DNA of 51,451 nt, taken from NCBI GenBank assembly GCA_010093815.1, contig ML996581.1; one strand, 5' to 3'. Below the pieces are notes generated by a model, which ran no database searches, was not told the DNA's origin, and saw only the letters and a list, made by a program, of their open reading frames with translations. The DNA is from Pseudovirgaria hyperparasitica (Eukaryota). The position numbers and the translations under genes are program-made. Below, one piece after another: positions 1 to 12,446 of this stretch (position 1 is the stretch's first letter; every line of letters begins with the position of its first letter).

Positions 1-2033
1 AAAGCATCTTGAAACACCGGAAAATGCAAGGACAGAGGCCATGAGCGGGCGGCTACGCAGTGCAAGGTTGGGCACGCCGACTTGCAGTACATACAGTTCA
101 TCTTGATCGAATGCGACAAGGCGTCCGGTTCTGGTTATGTAATCTCCGAAAAGCACAAGTTCAGTCGCTCCAAAGAAGCCAAAACTCTCTGCAAGCGGTG
201 TAGGTGTGTCGATTCGCCCAAATGATTGCGGTTTTGTAGCATATTCTTTCAATATCGATAGTTCGCGGGTACTGGATCGTGTTGATATGCCATCAAGTAC
301 TTGACGTTTTAGTCTCACAAGACTCTTCTGGGAGCTTTTGGCTTGAGGATAGCAACATGTATATCCGTATGCTACACAGCGGGAACATGATGGTTTTATT
401 TCGTCACACTGTATTCATTTTTAGCCATCTGACCAGATACCGCTTACGACAATGCAATGGATCGACTGTTGTTTCGATGGCTTACCTTTTTTCTCTGCTG
501 CTTACATCGCAAACATCCATTCCTGGATTTTCCATGAGGTCTGCGAAACTTGAACTCAGATGTTATCGACATCATTGACATGGCGCGAGCAGTAATTAGC
601 GTAAGGAATGAGATGTCTGTCTATGGTCGGACTTTGATTCTAGAAGGGAGGGCTCATTAGGATTGATATTATACGCGTGATGGATCTATCCGAGAACCGG
701 TGGCTCAGTCTGGTACCGCGCGATCCGGCAAACAGTCGAGCCCCGCTCTGGGCACTCCCGTGTGCTCAGCCATATTGCGGCTGAATGCATCGGCTCGGAC
801 AGGGTCTCACCGTAAATCTCCTGGCTTATAACAGAATCTCCTTCCGGACTTGCTTACAATTCTGATTATCTGCATCTTTGCCCTTCCTTGCTTGCATCAA
901 TCACACTGGCGGTCGGAATTCTCTGACATACTTTGTACCGCTCCTCCAAGTTGGGTGTTCCGCAAAATCCAACTCATCATGCACGAGGATGCTTAGCAAT
1001 AAGATCGAGGACTTTTTACACACGAGGGGTGTCTTTGGATGGAGAGTGGATACAGCTCCGAACAGAGTAGAATTCGAGGTCTTGGTGACTTTCGAATCCT
1101 AGACCAGATATATCATATTAGTAAATGTGCCCAGAAACAAAGGATTTGAGCTTCCGATCTTGTGCCAGCAGAAATGATCCCGAAGGTAGATAAAATAAAG
1201 GGTATGAGGTGGTTGATGACTTGATTATTGTCAGTATCTTGGACTTCCAGTCCAGAGCAAGACAGTGATGACGGACAACACACAATACAAATGGAATGGC
1301 GGCCCGGATACTGAGCATGGGAGGTCTTTTAATCAATGAGGCTTCCTTCCATCGGAAGTTGACATGCGGATCTTCGTTTCTTTCGGATCAGTACGCCTGT
1401 AGATGTTGATGGGACATGGTTTCTTGGCTTGTGTGAAAATGACTCCCCGCATTGAAGGACACCAGACAATTACAATTACATGTACTAAATAGCAAAGTGT
1501 GAAGCTAGAGAGCTCCAAAAGCTATGCCGTGTATGCAGGACAACCAACAGACACCTGTGGGGTGGAATGGATGGAGTGGAAATATTGAACGGGCCACTCC
1601 GGGACCAACTCAGCCGCGGTCCAACCACAATAATAATTTGGCATGCTAAGTTGTAAGCATTTCAGCCCCGTTGGCTTGGGCTGACAGGGAACATTCGTCG
1701 ATTTGTCACGTAGCCACTAAGCTGCTAAGCCTACCCCAAGTGCCAGCAAAATAAAAGTCAGGTGCGTTTGCGTATGCTGACCTCGTGCGTATAACGCCTA
1801 TACGCTTCATAAGTGAGCAAGAGCACTGCTAGCCTTACGAGACGGAAAGACGATCATTCCTTGTAGAGCGAAATGCCTTGGAACAATTTGCAGTCGTAAA
1901 CGCGGCAGTGTATATATTCGAGATATAAAGATGTTGAGATGGCAGGCAAAAAAAGTGTCAACTCACTTACTCGCAACATCAGACTCCAAATCAACACTAT
2001 CAATTTGCAATCAAGATTATCTTCAGAAACAAA

Positions 2034-2863
2034 ATGATTTCCAAGATTCCTCCTCATGTCTTCCTTGCCATCATGGCTTTGTCTCCTGCCATACACGCTG
2101 CACCTCGTCCAGTCACTAGAGAATCTCCTTCTGGTCTTAGTTTGACGCAGCAACTTACTCTGGCAGACACGTACGTCACAAATGATCGATGGATATCACA
2201 GCCTTGACAAATTCATGTAGTGCTGCCGACCGATATGCCCTCCTGCCGAATGACTCTGACTTCGTATACGACTTCAATACTGCCAGCCCGCAGCTGCCCA
2301 ATCGCAAGAATTTCCCAGCGCTCGTTGGCACCGGAGTCAGCATGGCTACGGCATCTTTTCCAGGTATGTTCTCAATCGCCCTCACCCGAACTCATGATCA
2401 CGACGGGAACAACTAACGTCATTTATGAGTAGCCTGCGTTGTAGCCCCAGTCCATATCCACCCCCGAGCCACTGAGCTGTTCCTCGTCACCTCCGGTACA
2501 ATTCAGACCACCCTGATCCCCGAATTCGGCGCTGGTCCTCTACCGTCAACATCAAATACTGCGAACCCAAATACCCGCATCATATCCAACACTTTGACCG
2601 CAGGCCAGATGACTGTTTTCCCTCAGGGTGGCTTCCACCTGCAGATCAATCCAACGTGTGAGAATGCGACTGCGGCGGCGGCATTCTCGAGCGATGACGA
2701 AGGGGTCATCGCAATCGTACCTAGTTTAGTTTCTCTGAATGAAGGGTTACTACAGGATGTGTTTGGTCAGAGTCTCGGTGCGGAGGAGATCGGTCGGGTC
2801 AGAGAGGCGGCGAAGCAGGGGCTGGCGCTCATGGAGGAGTGTAAGAAGAGCTGTGGTCTTTGA
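2034..2863 (+). CDS. Secreted germin-like / spherulin-1-like cupin, ~236 aa, 3 exons (2034-2170, 2221-2363, 2433-2863)
   Basis: The hand-spliced frame is open. It has a hydrophobic N-terminus (MISKIPPHVFLAIMALSPAIHA). Introns are GTACGT..TAG (2171-2220) and GTATGT..CTAAC..TAG (2364-2432). Germin box 1 is HIHPRATE and box 2 is VFPQGGFHLQIN. Confidence 0.9.
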
Positions 2864-3882
2864 GAACGATGTGTCACTTCTCTGGCACACGAGACGTATC
2901 GTCAGCGTGTACTAGAGAATACATCGAGAAAGGCGAGTTTTGACTTCAGTTTCATGCGTACCAACTAGATACATTCGTTACTTCAGCTTAGGAAGTTTCA
3001 ATAGAAAAAAGTGCACAATATCCCAGAATACTCAGGATAACACGTAGTAGTTTCTGTTAATCAAATGTTAGTAAGTTGTTGTAAGGTCAAAACCAAGCCA
3101 AGGAATATTTCAGTCTATCGTCGCTAAGATTCATTGAGATAGCGTGCTATAAATGGCACTGATGGAATAAAGGGGTGAACGATCAACTCCGTGTTTGACT
3201 AGTTCCGATTTACTGAGTACAAAAGTGAGTGGATAGAATCGGTGATCAATAAACGAATGGATAATTATCTACGTTTGCTATTATTGCATAATACCTGCCG
3301 TTTAAGGTACCTTTAAGGGGCATTTCAGCTTGATGTTTAACCAGGAGCCACCATTGACAAACAGGGGTATTGCAATGGAATCATTCAAAGATCATGCCAA
3401 AATCCACTGGAAGCACAAGAGCGGATGACTCTATCCTGATAGCTCTAGCTAATTATAGACGGTTACACGACGTCTTAATGTGCACTTCCGTAGGACTTTT
3501 ACTGCTCTACAATTCCCGGAGCAGGTGAGATGCAAAGAAGATACGACTAGTGATACAGGTGACTCATTCCGGACATGGTTTGATTGTATATGTGACGCCA
3601 AGATATTGAATTTATTGCTATGCGTCTCAAACCTTGCTTGTTTCTGCATGTATATTAGGAGCCGTGCGCAAATATCATGGGACCCCTGAGTCCTCTTCAC
3701 AATCGATTTGCTAGCCACAATCTGCAATCAAGAGAGAACATTGCCATGCGAGGTAGCTCGCAGACCGTGGTATATAATCTTGTCTTCCATTTTTCTGCAC
3801 TGGAACCGCCATCGAACTTACACAGACTATAACCATCGCCGAGCACCCCTAACTTTCACTGTGAACATTCGTCAGTAACAAC

Positions 3883-6800
3883 ATGACCACACTCGAAGAT
3901 GTCAAGAAACATCTTCGTCTAGAGGCCGATGCGTACATGCCATTCAATCGACGACCTCTGACAGACGAAGAATACGGCAATGGTTTTGCCATCATACGCA
4001 ACGGATCGGGTGCGTTGATCTACGAAAACTTCATTGTTCCTCAACTCTCACGTGTTACATCTTATCTTCTTAAATTTCAGACAAGCCTTACTTGCCTTGA
4101 AGTCGGTCCAGGACCAAGAAGTGTTCTTGGTGCACTACCTCTTGATGTTCGTCGAAGCATCACCAAGTTCGATGTCTTCGAGCCGAATGTCTTATTCGCA
4201 TTGGAGTTACAAGAGTGGCTTGAACCTACCACAGGAATTGATCCTCCGTTTCCATCATTATGCGACAAGTCTACTATTCATGTAGAAAGATTCGGGATAG
4301 ACTCGCGCCCATCCATAGCGAACTCCACACCCCAGTACAACCTGATATTGTTCTGTCAAAGTCTATACGGACTATCTCCGAAGCACGAGGTCGTTCGTCA
4401 AGCTCTTAGTATGGCCACCAAGGCTGGGATCGTGGTTGTGGTTCATCGAGGCACTTCGCTGGATCTCGGTAGCCTTGTGTGCCACGACAACGTGTTCGAT
4501 ACAACGGGGCAAGTTCAGGTTGAAGAAAGTGATGAAGCTCTGGATCGCTTCTCTGCATTCGTGGCAGGTTTCAAGCCCAGTGAAGTGGATACAGATAAGA
4601 GTATCCGGCCCAAGTGGCGCGCGGTATGCCGTGAGTACGGAAAGCATGAGATGAGCAAGCCCACTCGTATATCCTTCTCTTGCCCTACCATGATGGTCAC
4701 GTTCAATCATGGCGCGACTGCGCTGACGGAACTTATAGACAAAGTTCCCATAGCCGAGCCTGGAAGGAGAATCAAGAATTCCGAAGCACGACTGAATCAT
4801 CCCGCTGCGATATTAAGACCAAAGGATCATGTTCAAGTTCAAGAGTGCGTAAGATGGGCACTTAAAAACAAAGTAGGCCTTAGTGTCATGAGCGGAAGCC
4901 ACAGTGGGCACTGCCAATGGTCCAATGTGGTAGCAATCGATATGGAGGCATTCGACCAGATTCATATCATCAAGAATCAAAGGTCAGACATAGAGTCTCT
5001 GGTGGTTGCTGGCACCGGCTGCAAGGGCGGAGATATTGTCAAACGAGCAATGGCAGAACGCCTGAGTATTCCCTTGGGATCTCGTCCGAGTGTCGGTGCA
5101 GGACTATGGCTACAAGGTGGCATCGGTCATCTTGGTAGGCAGTATGGCCTTACGTGTGACTCCATCATTGGAGTTGTCCTTGTTGGTGTCGAGTCTGGTC
5201 AAATATTTTACATTGGGAATGTGCCAGCTCAATACAGACCAGCGGGTGCCACCCGTCCAGAATTCGAACTTGACTTGCTCTGGGCAATCAAGGGAGCTGG
5301 AACCAATTTTGGCATTGTCACCCACGTCATATTCAAAGCTGTTCCAGCTCTCGTTCACTCTGTTCAGCACTACGAGCTACGACTTTCCACATCAGACGAG
5401 GTCTGTTTGGAACTTGGAAATTTTCATCGGCTGCTCGCTAGCAAGGCTCCTCGTGAAGAGTCTGTCGATGCCTACCTATATACTTACAAAGGTCAGCAGA
5501 TACTAGCGTGGTCGGTCATTAAAACCTCCACCACGAAGCTCCGCTTTGCAGGCTTAGTACCCATGAAGGAGAGCACAACGGCCCACCACTCTAGTATTGT
5601 TGATGATAATGGCCTTTTTGATGAAGAATACCACATCTCAAGCATGCCGGGTGACCATGGGAGTGGCAAGACGTCGTCTTTCAAACGATGTGTCTTTCTC
5701 AAGAGCATAGAAACAGCAGAAGTTCGTGAGAACCTTTCCAGAGCTACATCTTCTGCCCCTTCGGAGTCTTGCTATGTCCATCTACTACATGGTGGAGGAG
5801 CCATGGCTGATGTCTTAGAGAGTTCAACTGCTTTCGGCTGCCGCGACTGGGAATACGCCTGCGTGATTACCGGCGTCTGGAAGCGAGACAAGGATGGCAC
5901 ACCTATTTCGAGACGTACCGTGGGATGGGTGTATGACACCGTGAACAGTTTCCTACCGCTATGCAGTGGTATATATGGTGCGGACCTAGGGCCAGATCCA
6001 CGGGACCTCCCTCTCGCAGCCAAAGCATTCGGGTCCAACCGACCTCGCCTTGCTCGACTGAAGGACACACTTGATCCTTATAATGTATTAGCATATGCAT
6101 GCCCCCTACCACCAATCACTCAAGGACAGAAACTCATTGTTCTTGTGAGCGGAGATACGTGCGCTGGCAAGGATTATTGTGCTAAGATATGGGCCGACTC
6201 TATCAATGCATGCATGCCCAAAGCTAACTACGCCCAAGTGATCAGTATCAGTAACCAAGCAAAGAAAGACTATGCGGCCGCTACACCTGGATGTGATTTA
6301 GACCAGCTCCTCTATGATCGCGCCTACAAAGAGGAGCACCGTGCGGCCCTAACATTGTTCTGGCAGCACCAGATGGCGCTGAATCCACAGCTTCCTGAGG
6401 AGCACTTCCTCGATACAGTGGCCGGGGCTGCAGCTGCAGATGTCTTATTCATCACTGGCATCCGGGACGATGCTCCTGTGGCAACTTTATCCTATCTAGT
6501 CCCAGCATGCCGAGTCGTCGAAGTTCGCGTTACATCCAGTAGAAATGTACGGGAGGTCCGTTCTAATGGCAGAGACAAGCTCGAATCAATGGCTCTCAAG
6601 CATCGTCCTTGTCTCAATTTCGAGAACAATGCAAATGGGCCCGAACTAGCCAAAGGATTTGCGACACGTTATCTATTCCCATACCTCCACGAAGATCTCC
6701 GGAGCCTGGCTGAGTTGGTAAACAAAGTACGCAACTTTCCTACACCCGGCACAGACTTTTGTCACATTCTTGGAATTGTACAACGACCCGGAGGTCTGAG

Positions 6801-7275
6801 CCTCTGCACTTCACTCCTACAGGCCCACTTCCATGGCTCTTGGTCAGATATCGACGCCATCGTATCTTGTGAAGCTGGTGGGTTCATCTTTGCATCTGCC
6901 TTGGCAATTCAAGTCAAGAAGCCTCTCATCTTGATCCGTCGAGCTGGAAAGCTTCCGCGTCCAACGGTTTCAGTACTAAAGCCTCAATCATACATATCAA
7001 TTGTAGGTCAGACTGCCAAAGAACCTGAGAGGCTTGAGATGGATCGTGATGCTCTGCCAAGAGGGGCCTCCGTAGCTATTGTGGATGACGTACTATCCAC
7101 TGGAAGGACAATGTGTGCAGTGTTAGAGCTGTTGGAGCAGACTGGGGTCAGCGCCGAGAAGATTAGGATTCTTACGGTGGCAGAATTTCCAGTTCATCGT
7201 GGAAGACAGCTAATACAAAGAGGCGGATATGGGAGGAGCTTAGTCCAAAGTCTCCTAGTCTTTGGTAATAAATAG
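3883..7275 (+). CDS. 1130-aa multidomain enzyme: class I SAM methyltransferase-like + VAO/berberine-bridge-type FAD oxidoreductase + animal-type phosphomevalonate-kinase-like P-loop domain + APRT-like type I phosphoribosyltransferase
   Basis: Intronless ORF. SAM motif I: LEVGPGP. FAD-binding PCMH/BBE motifs: PAAILRP..VMSGSHS, GLWLQGGIGHLGRQYGLTCD, LLWAIKGAGTNFGIVT, FGSNRPRLARLKDTLDPYN. PMVK-like motifs: SGDTCAGKDY and LLYDRAYKEEHR. APRT/PRPP-binding motifs: NFPTPG, EAGGFIFA, IRRAGKLP, IVDDVLSTGRT. Confidence 0.9.
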   Translation: MTTLEDVKKHLRLEADAYMPFNRRPLTDEEYGNGFAIIRNGSGALIYENFIVPQLSRVTSYLLKFQTSLTCLEVGPGPRSVLGALPLDVRRSITKFDVFEPNVLFALELQEWLEPTTGIDPPFPSLCDKSTIHVERFGIDSRPSIANSTPQYNLILFCQSLYGLSPKHEVVRQALSMATKAGIVVVVHRGTSLDLGSLVCHDNVFDTTGQVQVEESDEALDRFSAFVAGFKPSEVDTDKSIRPKWRAVCREYGKHEMSKPTRISFSCPTMMVTFNHGATALTELIDKVPIAEPGRRIKNSEARLNHPAAILRPKDHVQVQECVRWALKNKVGLSVMSGSHSGHCQWSNVVAIDMEAFDQIHIIKNQRSDIESLVVAGTGCKGGDIVKRAMAERLSIPLGSRPSVGAGLWLQGGIGHLGRQYGLTCDSIIGVVLVGVESGQIFYIGNVPAQYRPAGATRPEFELDLLWAIKGAGTNFGIVTHVIFKAVPALVHSVQHYELRLSTSDEVCLELGNFHRLLASKAPREESVDAYLYTYKGQQILAWSVIKTSTTKLRFAGLVPMKESTTAHHSSIVDDNGLFDEEYHISSMPGDHGSGKTSSFKRCVFLKSIETAEVRENLSRATSSAPSESCYVHLLHGGGAMADVLESSTAFGCRDWEYACVITGVWKRDKDGTPISRRTVGWVYDTVNSFLPLCSGIYGADLGPDPRDLPLAAKAFGSNRPRLARLKDTLDPYNVLAYACPLPPITQGQKLIVLVSGDTCAGKDYCAKIWADSINACMPKANYAQVISISNQAKKDYAAATPGCDLDQLLYDRAYKEEHRAALTLFWQHQMALNPQLPEEHFLDTVAGAAAADVLFITGIRDDAPVATLSYLVPACRVVEVRVTSSRNVREVRSNGRDKLESMALKHRPCLNFENNANGPELAKGFATRYLFPYLHEDLRSLAELVNKVRNFPTPGTDFCHILGIVQRPGGLSLCTSLLQAHFHGSWSDIDAIVSCEAGGFIFASALAIQVKKPLILIRRAGKLPRPTVSVLKPQSYISIVGQTAKEPERLEMDRDALPRGASVAIVDDVLSTGRTMCAVLELLEQTGVSAEKIRILTVAEFPVHRGRQLIQRGGYGRSLVQSLLVFGNK

Positions 7276-10200
7276 CTGTAGTTCGAAGCAGACTTCCTAT
7301 CAAACAATTAGTTCAATTCTATGCCTATATTTGAAGTTAAACTAAAGTACTTTAGTTTACTCTACTATATATTTAAACTAAACTATTAGTTATAGTAGTA
7401 GAATTATAGTTAACTAAGTTAAACTAAAGTTTAGTAGGTAGTTGAAGAATCTCGTAAATATAGTTAAAATATTATATATTTAAGGCTATATAGTCGATTT
7501 TTATACGTCTTAGTATATACCTAGGTAGATTTAAGTACTAAATTATCTAAATTTAATAAGAAACTAACTAGTATACTTTTACGTAAACTACTAGTTATAG
7601 ATAAGGCTATAACGCTACTAACTCTTTAAATCTTATAGATAGTCGATTAATAGTAGACTTATCTTACTTCGTTATAGTATAATTATATCTTCTACCTTAC
7701 TAAATATATATTTATTATTATAGCTTAAAGCTAGTATAGAGAGTATATTAATTATAAGTTTATAAAGGTAAGAAAACTTATTCTTTCTATCTAGCTACTA
7801 CTAGATTAGACTATCTATAATATTAGACTTACTATTAAGGCGATAATAGATACTTAGCTTATCCTTCTCTTATCTTTTAGGGCTCTTTATCTTTATTTTA
7901 TCTAAGTATTACTCTACTTATAATAGCTAAGATAGAGATTATATAACTAGAAGAGATAGAGATAGTAGTAAGAAGAGTAATAGAGATTAGTATAATAATA
8001 ATAATAATAATATTATATAACTAGGTAGAGTAGTTTACTCTATAGGCGTATACCTTCTCTAGTCTAAGCTATTATATAAGAAGAAACCTTTATATAAGGA
8101 AAAACTCCCTTTTCTCTATAATTATATCTTGTGAAACCTTCGTATTATCTTAAGTATATAGCCGTTAGGAATATCTATAGACCTATAACCTATAGTACTA
8201 TTATTTTACCCTTAGGTAGCACGTATAGAGTACGGGGGTTATTAGTTAAGAGTTACCCTTAACTAATAATCGGGGTTCTCCCGGGGTTCTTCCGGCGTAT
8301 ACCGGGGTCTATCTAGTATATACCTAGTTACTTCTAGTATATATATCTAGGTCTATTAGTATTAGGGAAGAGGGAGATATATAAGTATCTACTAGGCGAT
8401 CTCCTTAGGGTACTTATTAAGCTACTATATAATATTAGAGGTCCTTATTATATAGATAAGCGATTATCTCTATATATAGAGGTCCGGGTATATCGCGAGA
8501 TAGTACTATATTATATCTCTCCGGCCGTATACTTTATACTATAGAGACGCGTCTAGAACGCCCCTCTAGTATAGATAGTATAGAAGTTCTATAGCTTCTA
8601 TTTAGGCTTAGAGGAGGATACATACTTAGGCTTTTATAAGCCCCTTATATATCTATCTACTTAGCTCCTTCTATAGTCCCTAAATCTATTCTAGATATCT
8701 ATTCTATTAGGATACCTAATAGGTCTAGAGGACTTTCTTCTATTTATCCTAGGTCTATAACCGTATAGCCTATATAAGCTCTTAAGGGTTCTACCGGTCT
8801 AGGGAGGCGTCTGGGTTATCCCCGATCTCTTATATAATTTAGTTTAAGTCTATCTCTATTAGGCTCTTATACTATAGTCGATTCTAGTCTATATATAGTA
8901 GTACTTAATAGTAGATACTAACTTATATATATAGCACGGTAAAGGTATATTTAGCGTATCCTACGCGTTCCTATACTTATTATTTAGTAAAGTATATTAC
9001 CCTCTATATCTAGTAGAAGTTATATATACTTATTACGTTTATCTCGCGCCGTAGTAGTACTATATTAGTAGCCTTATATACGCTAGAAATAAGATAGAGT
9101 ATATAGTTCTATATAGACTTAAGCTTTATTCGCCTAGCCTATATAAGGGCTATATACTAGTACTCGTATCTATACGTGAAGGCGGGTTATACTATAGAGA
9201 TATATAGTTAGCGTACCTTATCCTAGGCGGTTTCCTATATAGAGGCCGTAATCTAGTATATAGCGGCTTCTACCTTAAGGGCCCTAGATACTATATATAT
9301 AATCTATAGGCCCTATTTAAGTTTATTATTAATTATAACGCTAAGTACGTATATACTCTATATCGGCGGTTTAGTAAAAGCATCTATTCTAGGATATTAC
9401 TCTCCTTCCTTAGTAGCCTATTTCCTATAGTAGTTAATAAAGTATATAAGTTAGTATTTCTTAGAGGCAAACTTTACTCTATAGCGCTTTATCTACTAGA
9501 TATATCTCTTATAGTCTTATTCGAGGTGTTTATATATTAAACTAGTATTATTATTAATAGCTAGGAGGTATATATCGTCGGCGTATCCTACTACCTCTAT
9601 ATATTATATTCTCTATAGAAGGTCTACGGTAAAGAAGAGAAAGAGAATTAGGGAGATAGTACTTCCTTATAGAATACTATATATTATCTTCTTATATTTA
9701 CTTTAATATCTAGAGATATATATCTAGGTAATTCTTTTAGTAAGAAAGGACTATATAAACCTTATAATCTATTCGGGTATATATCTCTTCTATAGATTAT
9801 AGATAAGTCTTATATAGTTTATCTTATTAAATGCGCCGGCTATATTAAGGGAGAGTAATGTTACTACGCGTCTCTATTTCTATATAGTCTAGATAACTTT
9901 AAGGATATATTAGATAGTAGTAATTAGGGAGCTCCTAGTTTTCACCTTCTAATTTACTAGAAGAAGGTTATATTCTTATACTATGGTACTTATCTTCTTC
10001 GTAATCGTGGCCTTAAGTATTTTACTAAGATAGAAGAGAAGGGTAATTAGTCTCTATCCTTTTAGGGAGTTAGGGTTCTTCCCTAGTTTTAGAAGTATAA
10101 TAGTATAGACAGCCCGGAAGCTTTAGAGGTGGTATCTATTCTTAGTATATATCTAGAAGATAAGGCTAATAAGTAGTAGGGTCACCTATATAGTATATTT

Positions 10201-11729
10201 AAGGTATCTATTTAGTATTCTATCTAGTCTAGACACTTTATCGTTCGAGAGTACTCTAATAGTATTAAGAATCTTCTCTTCCGTAATCTCTACGGGGATA
10301 TTAACCGCGTCTAGATATATATTATTATTAATATCTAATAGATCTACTAGCTCTAGGGGGGGAAATATAACTTCTTAGAGAATCTCTATCTTTTCGGGGC
10401 TCGTAGTATATATTCTCCCCTAGTATATTAGGGGAGGTATTAGTAGTAGTAGCGTCTACACGTCCGCGCTCTTAGCCTACTTTACTATATACTATAGCCC
10501 TATAGTCTATTATATATATTTATTAGTAATTATATACTAGTATTTATATTATTTATTATAGAGGGTCTTATCTTAAGATTGGATTATCTCTTTCTATTCC
10601 TCCTATGCCTTAGTTATCTAGATATAGTATACGCGTGTATATAGTCTCCGGGCTACCCTTCTACTTTTATATATTTAAGGTATACCCCTTACGTCTAGAG
10701 GCTTATACGTTTAGTATAGTACGTATTTATCTCTTAAGTTTTAGAAGGCTTAAAGAAGAACTTACACGGCTCTATCTATAGCTAGGCTATTAGAGACGTT
10801 AACTATAGAGGGGTCTAGAATCGCCGATCCTAGGTTCTTCCTATACTTCTCCTAGTTAGTATCTTTCTATAGCTATCTCCCCTATTATTCGTTAGGTATA
10901 GATATATCTATCGCGGTCTCTATATATTTATAATTAGAGTCTATTTACGTCTTACTAGGGCGGTAGTATTATACTCTATAGCTTATATATTCTATAGCGA
11001 AGGTAAGGTTAAGTATAGATCCCTCCTTATCTTCCTTATATTTCCTCTATATAATTTATCTAACCGGCGTAAGAAGGTATAGAAGGTTATAGTACCTTAT
11101 ATATAGCTCTCTTACTCTAAGCTCTTCCCTAATAACTATTAGGCCTCCCTACTATCTATAGTAGAGGTTAAAGTTATCTAGAAGGATATATTATTCTAGT
11201 TCCGTAATACTCTCTAGTATAGTATCTAGTATAAGTAATTCTCTCTAGTTATAGATATTATAGATATAGAGGGGCCCTATATCTATCTAGAGGTATAGTA
11301 TTATCTAGAGATTATCTTATTCTATATAGAACTATTCTAAGAGCGGGATAGATTTATATATATAGAAGAGAACTCTCCTATCTAGGCCCGGGGGGTAGAT
11401 AGTATAGTATTCTAGGTGTGTCGTTAGTTTATTAGTTTAGTAGTATTTATAAGGTTCCTAAATAGCTATTATTATAGCGTCTATCTCTTCTAGAAGCATA
11501 GCCTAGTTTTCTTATTTATAGTATATATTCGCCTATATAATAATAAGTATATCTTAACTCCTTATTAGGTGCTAGGAAATACTTAAGCCTATATACTAGT
11601 AGCGTTAAGGCGCGACTATCTCTACGCGGTAGCTACCTTAAGAATACCCTAGGGTTATTCTATCTTCCTTTATATAGTATACTATTACACGTTAGCCTCT
11701 TCTTCTTATAGATTAGTTAGTATAGTTAT

Positions 11730-11967
11730 TGTAAAGAGTAAAGACGTGGGATAGTAGTCTAACAGTTCATAGAGAGATATAGGAATGTATTTATAGAGTA
11801 ATCTTACTCTCATACGAGGTTGATTCCTAACGAGTAGGAATCGGTTTATACGGTCCACTTATATAGTAACCTCGCTTAACTTAGCTAACTTAACCCAGCT
11901 CTGGCCACTACGTGGCTGTATAGATTAGAATAGTCTATATAGGTCCGTTATAGTTCCCGTCCTAATA
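11730..11967 (-). repeat. 3' LTR of chromovirus A
   Basis: TGTAAAGAG...CCTAATA, a direct repeat of 19535-19772. Confidence 0.95.
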
Positions 11968-12446
11968 ATATCCTTCTTCTTTTTATACTTCGCCCCGAAG
12001 TACTTAAGTATATATAATCCTAAGTCTCTATAATCTATCGTGTATCTATATATCCGTAACTAAGTTCCTATAACGTTATAACTATTCTTAATATAGGTGA
12101 ACTCGAGATTCTAGTTTACTTTTATTAGTTTATATACGCGCTTATCCCTTGCTTCGTGGCTACTACCTAGGACACGTAATCGCTACTTTAGTCGAGCATA
12201 TATTTAGCTTCGCTTACCTTTAATTTTATTCTCTAGTATATCTACCTCGCTCTTAAGGTAAGTCGTTAATTTATATACTATCTTCCCTAGTTTAGGTTTA
12301 GAAGGGTCTATAGTGGTCCATTCTTATTAGAACCGGTCCTATGTAACCTATTCGCGTTATTACGGTTACTAATTTAGCTTCGTCAATCGCCGTTAAGGGT
12401 GGACGAATATTCCTTTCTTAGATCTCTAGCTAACGTGTATATATAG

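Noticed and set aside
13..225. Cys/His-rich open frame (CKDRGH..CKVGH..CDKA..CKRCRC*)
   Set aside because: There is no in-frame ATG and a stop at 10-12. It may be a terminal exon or remnant but cannot be resolved at the window edge.
279..1900. Short ORFs in the track on both strands
   Set aside because: No recognisable motifs or consistent splice model.
4034..6115. Small ORFs overlapping the 1130-aa gene
   Set aside because: Alternative-frame and antisense shadows of the real CDS.
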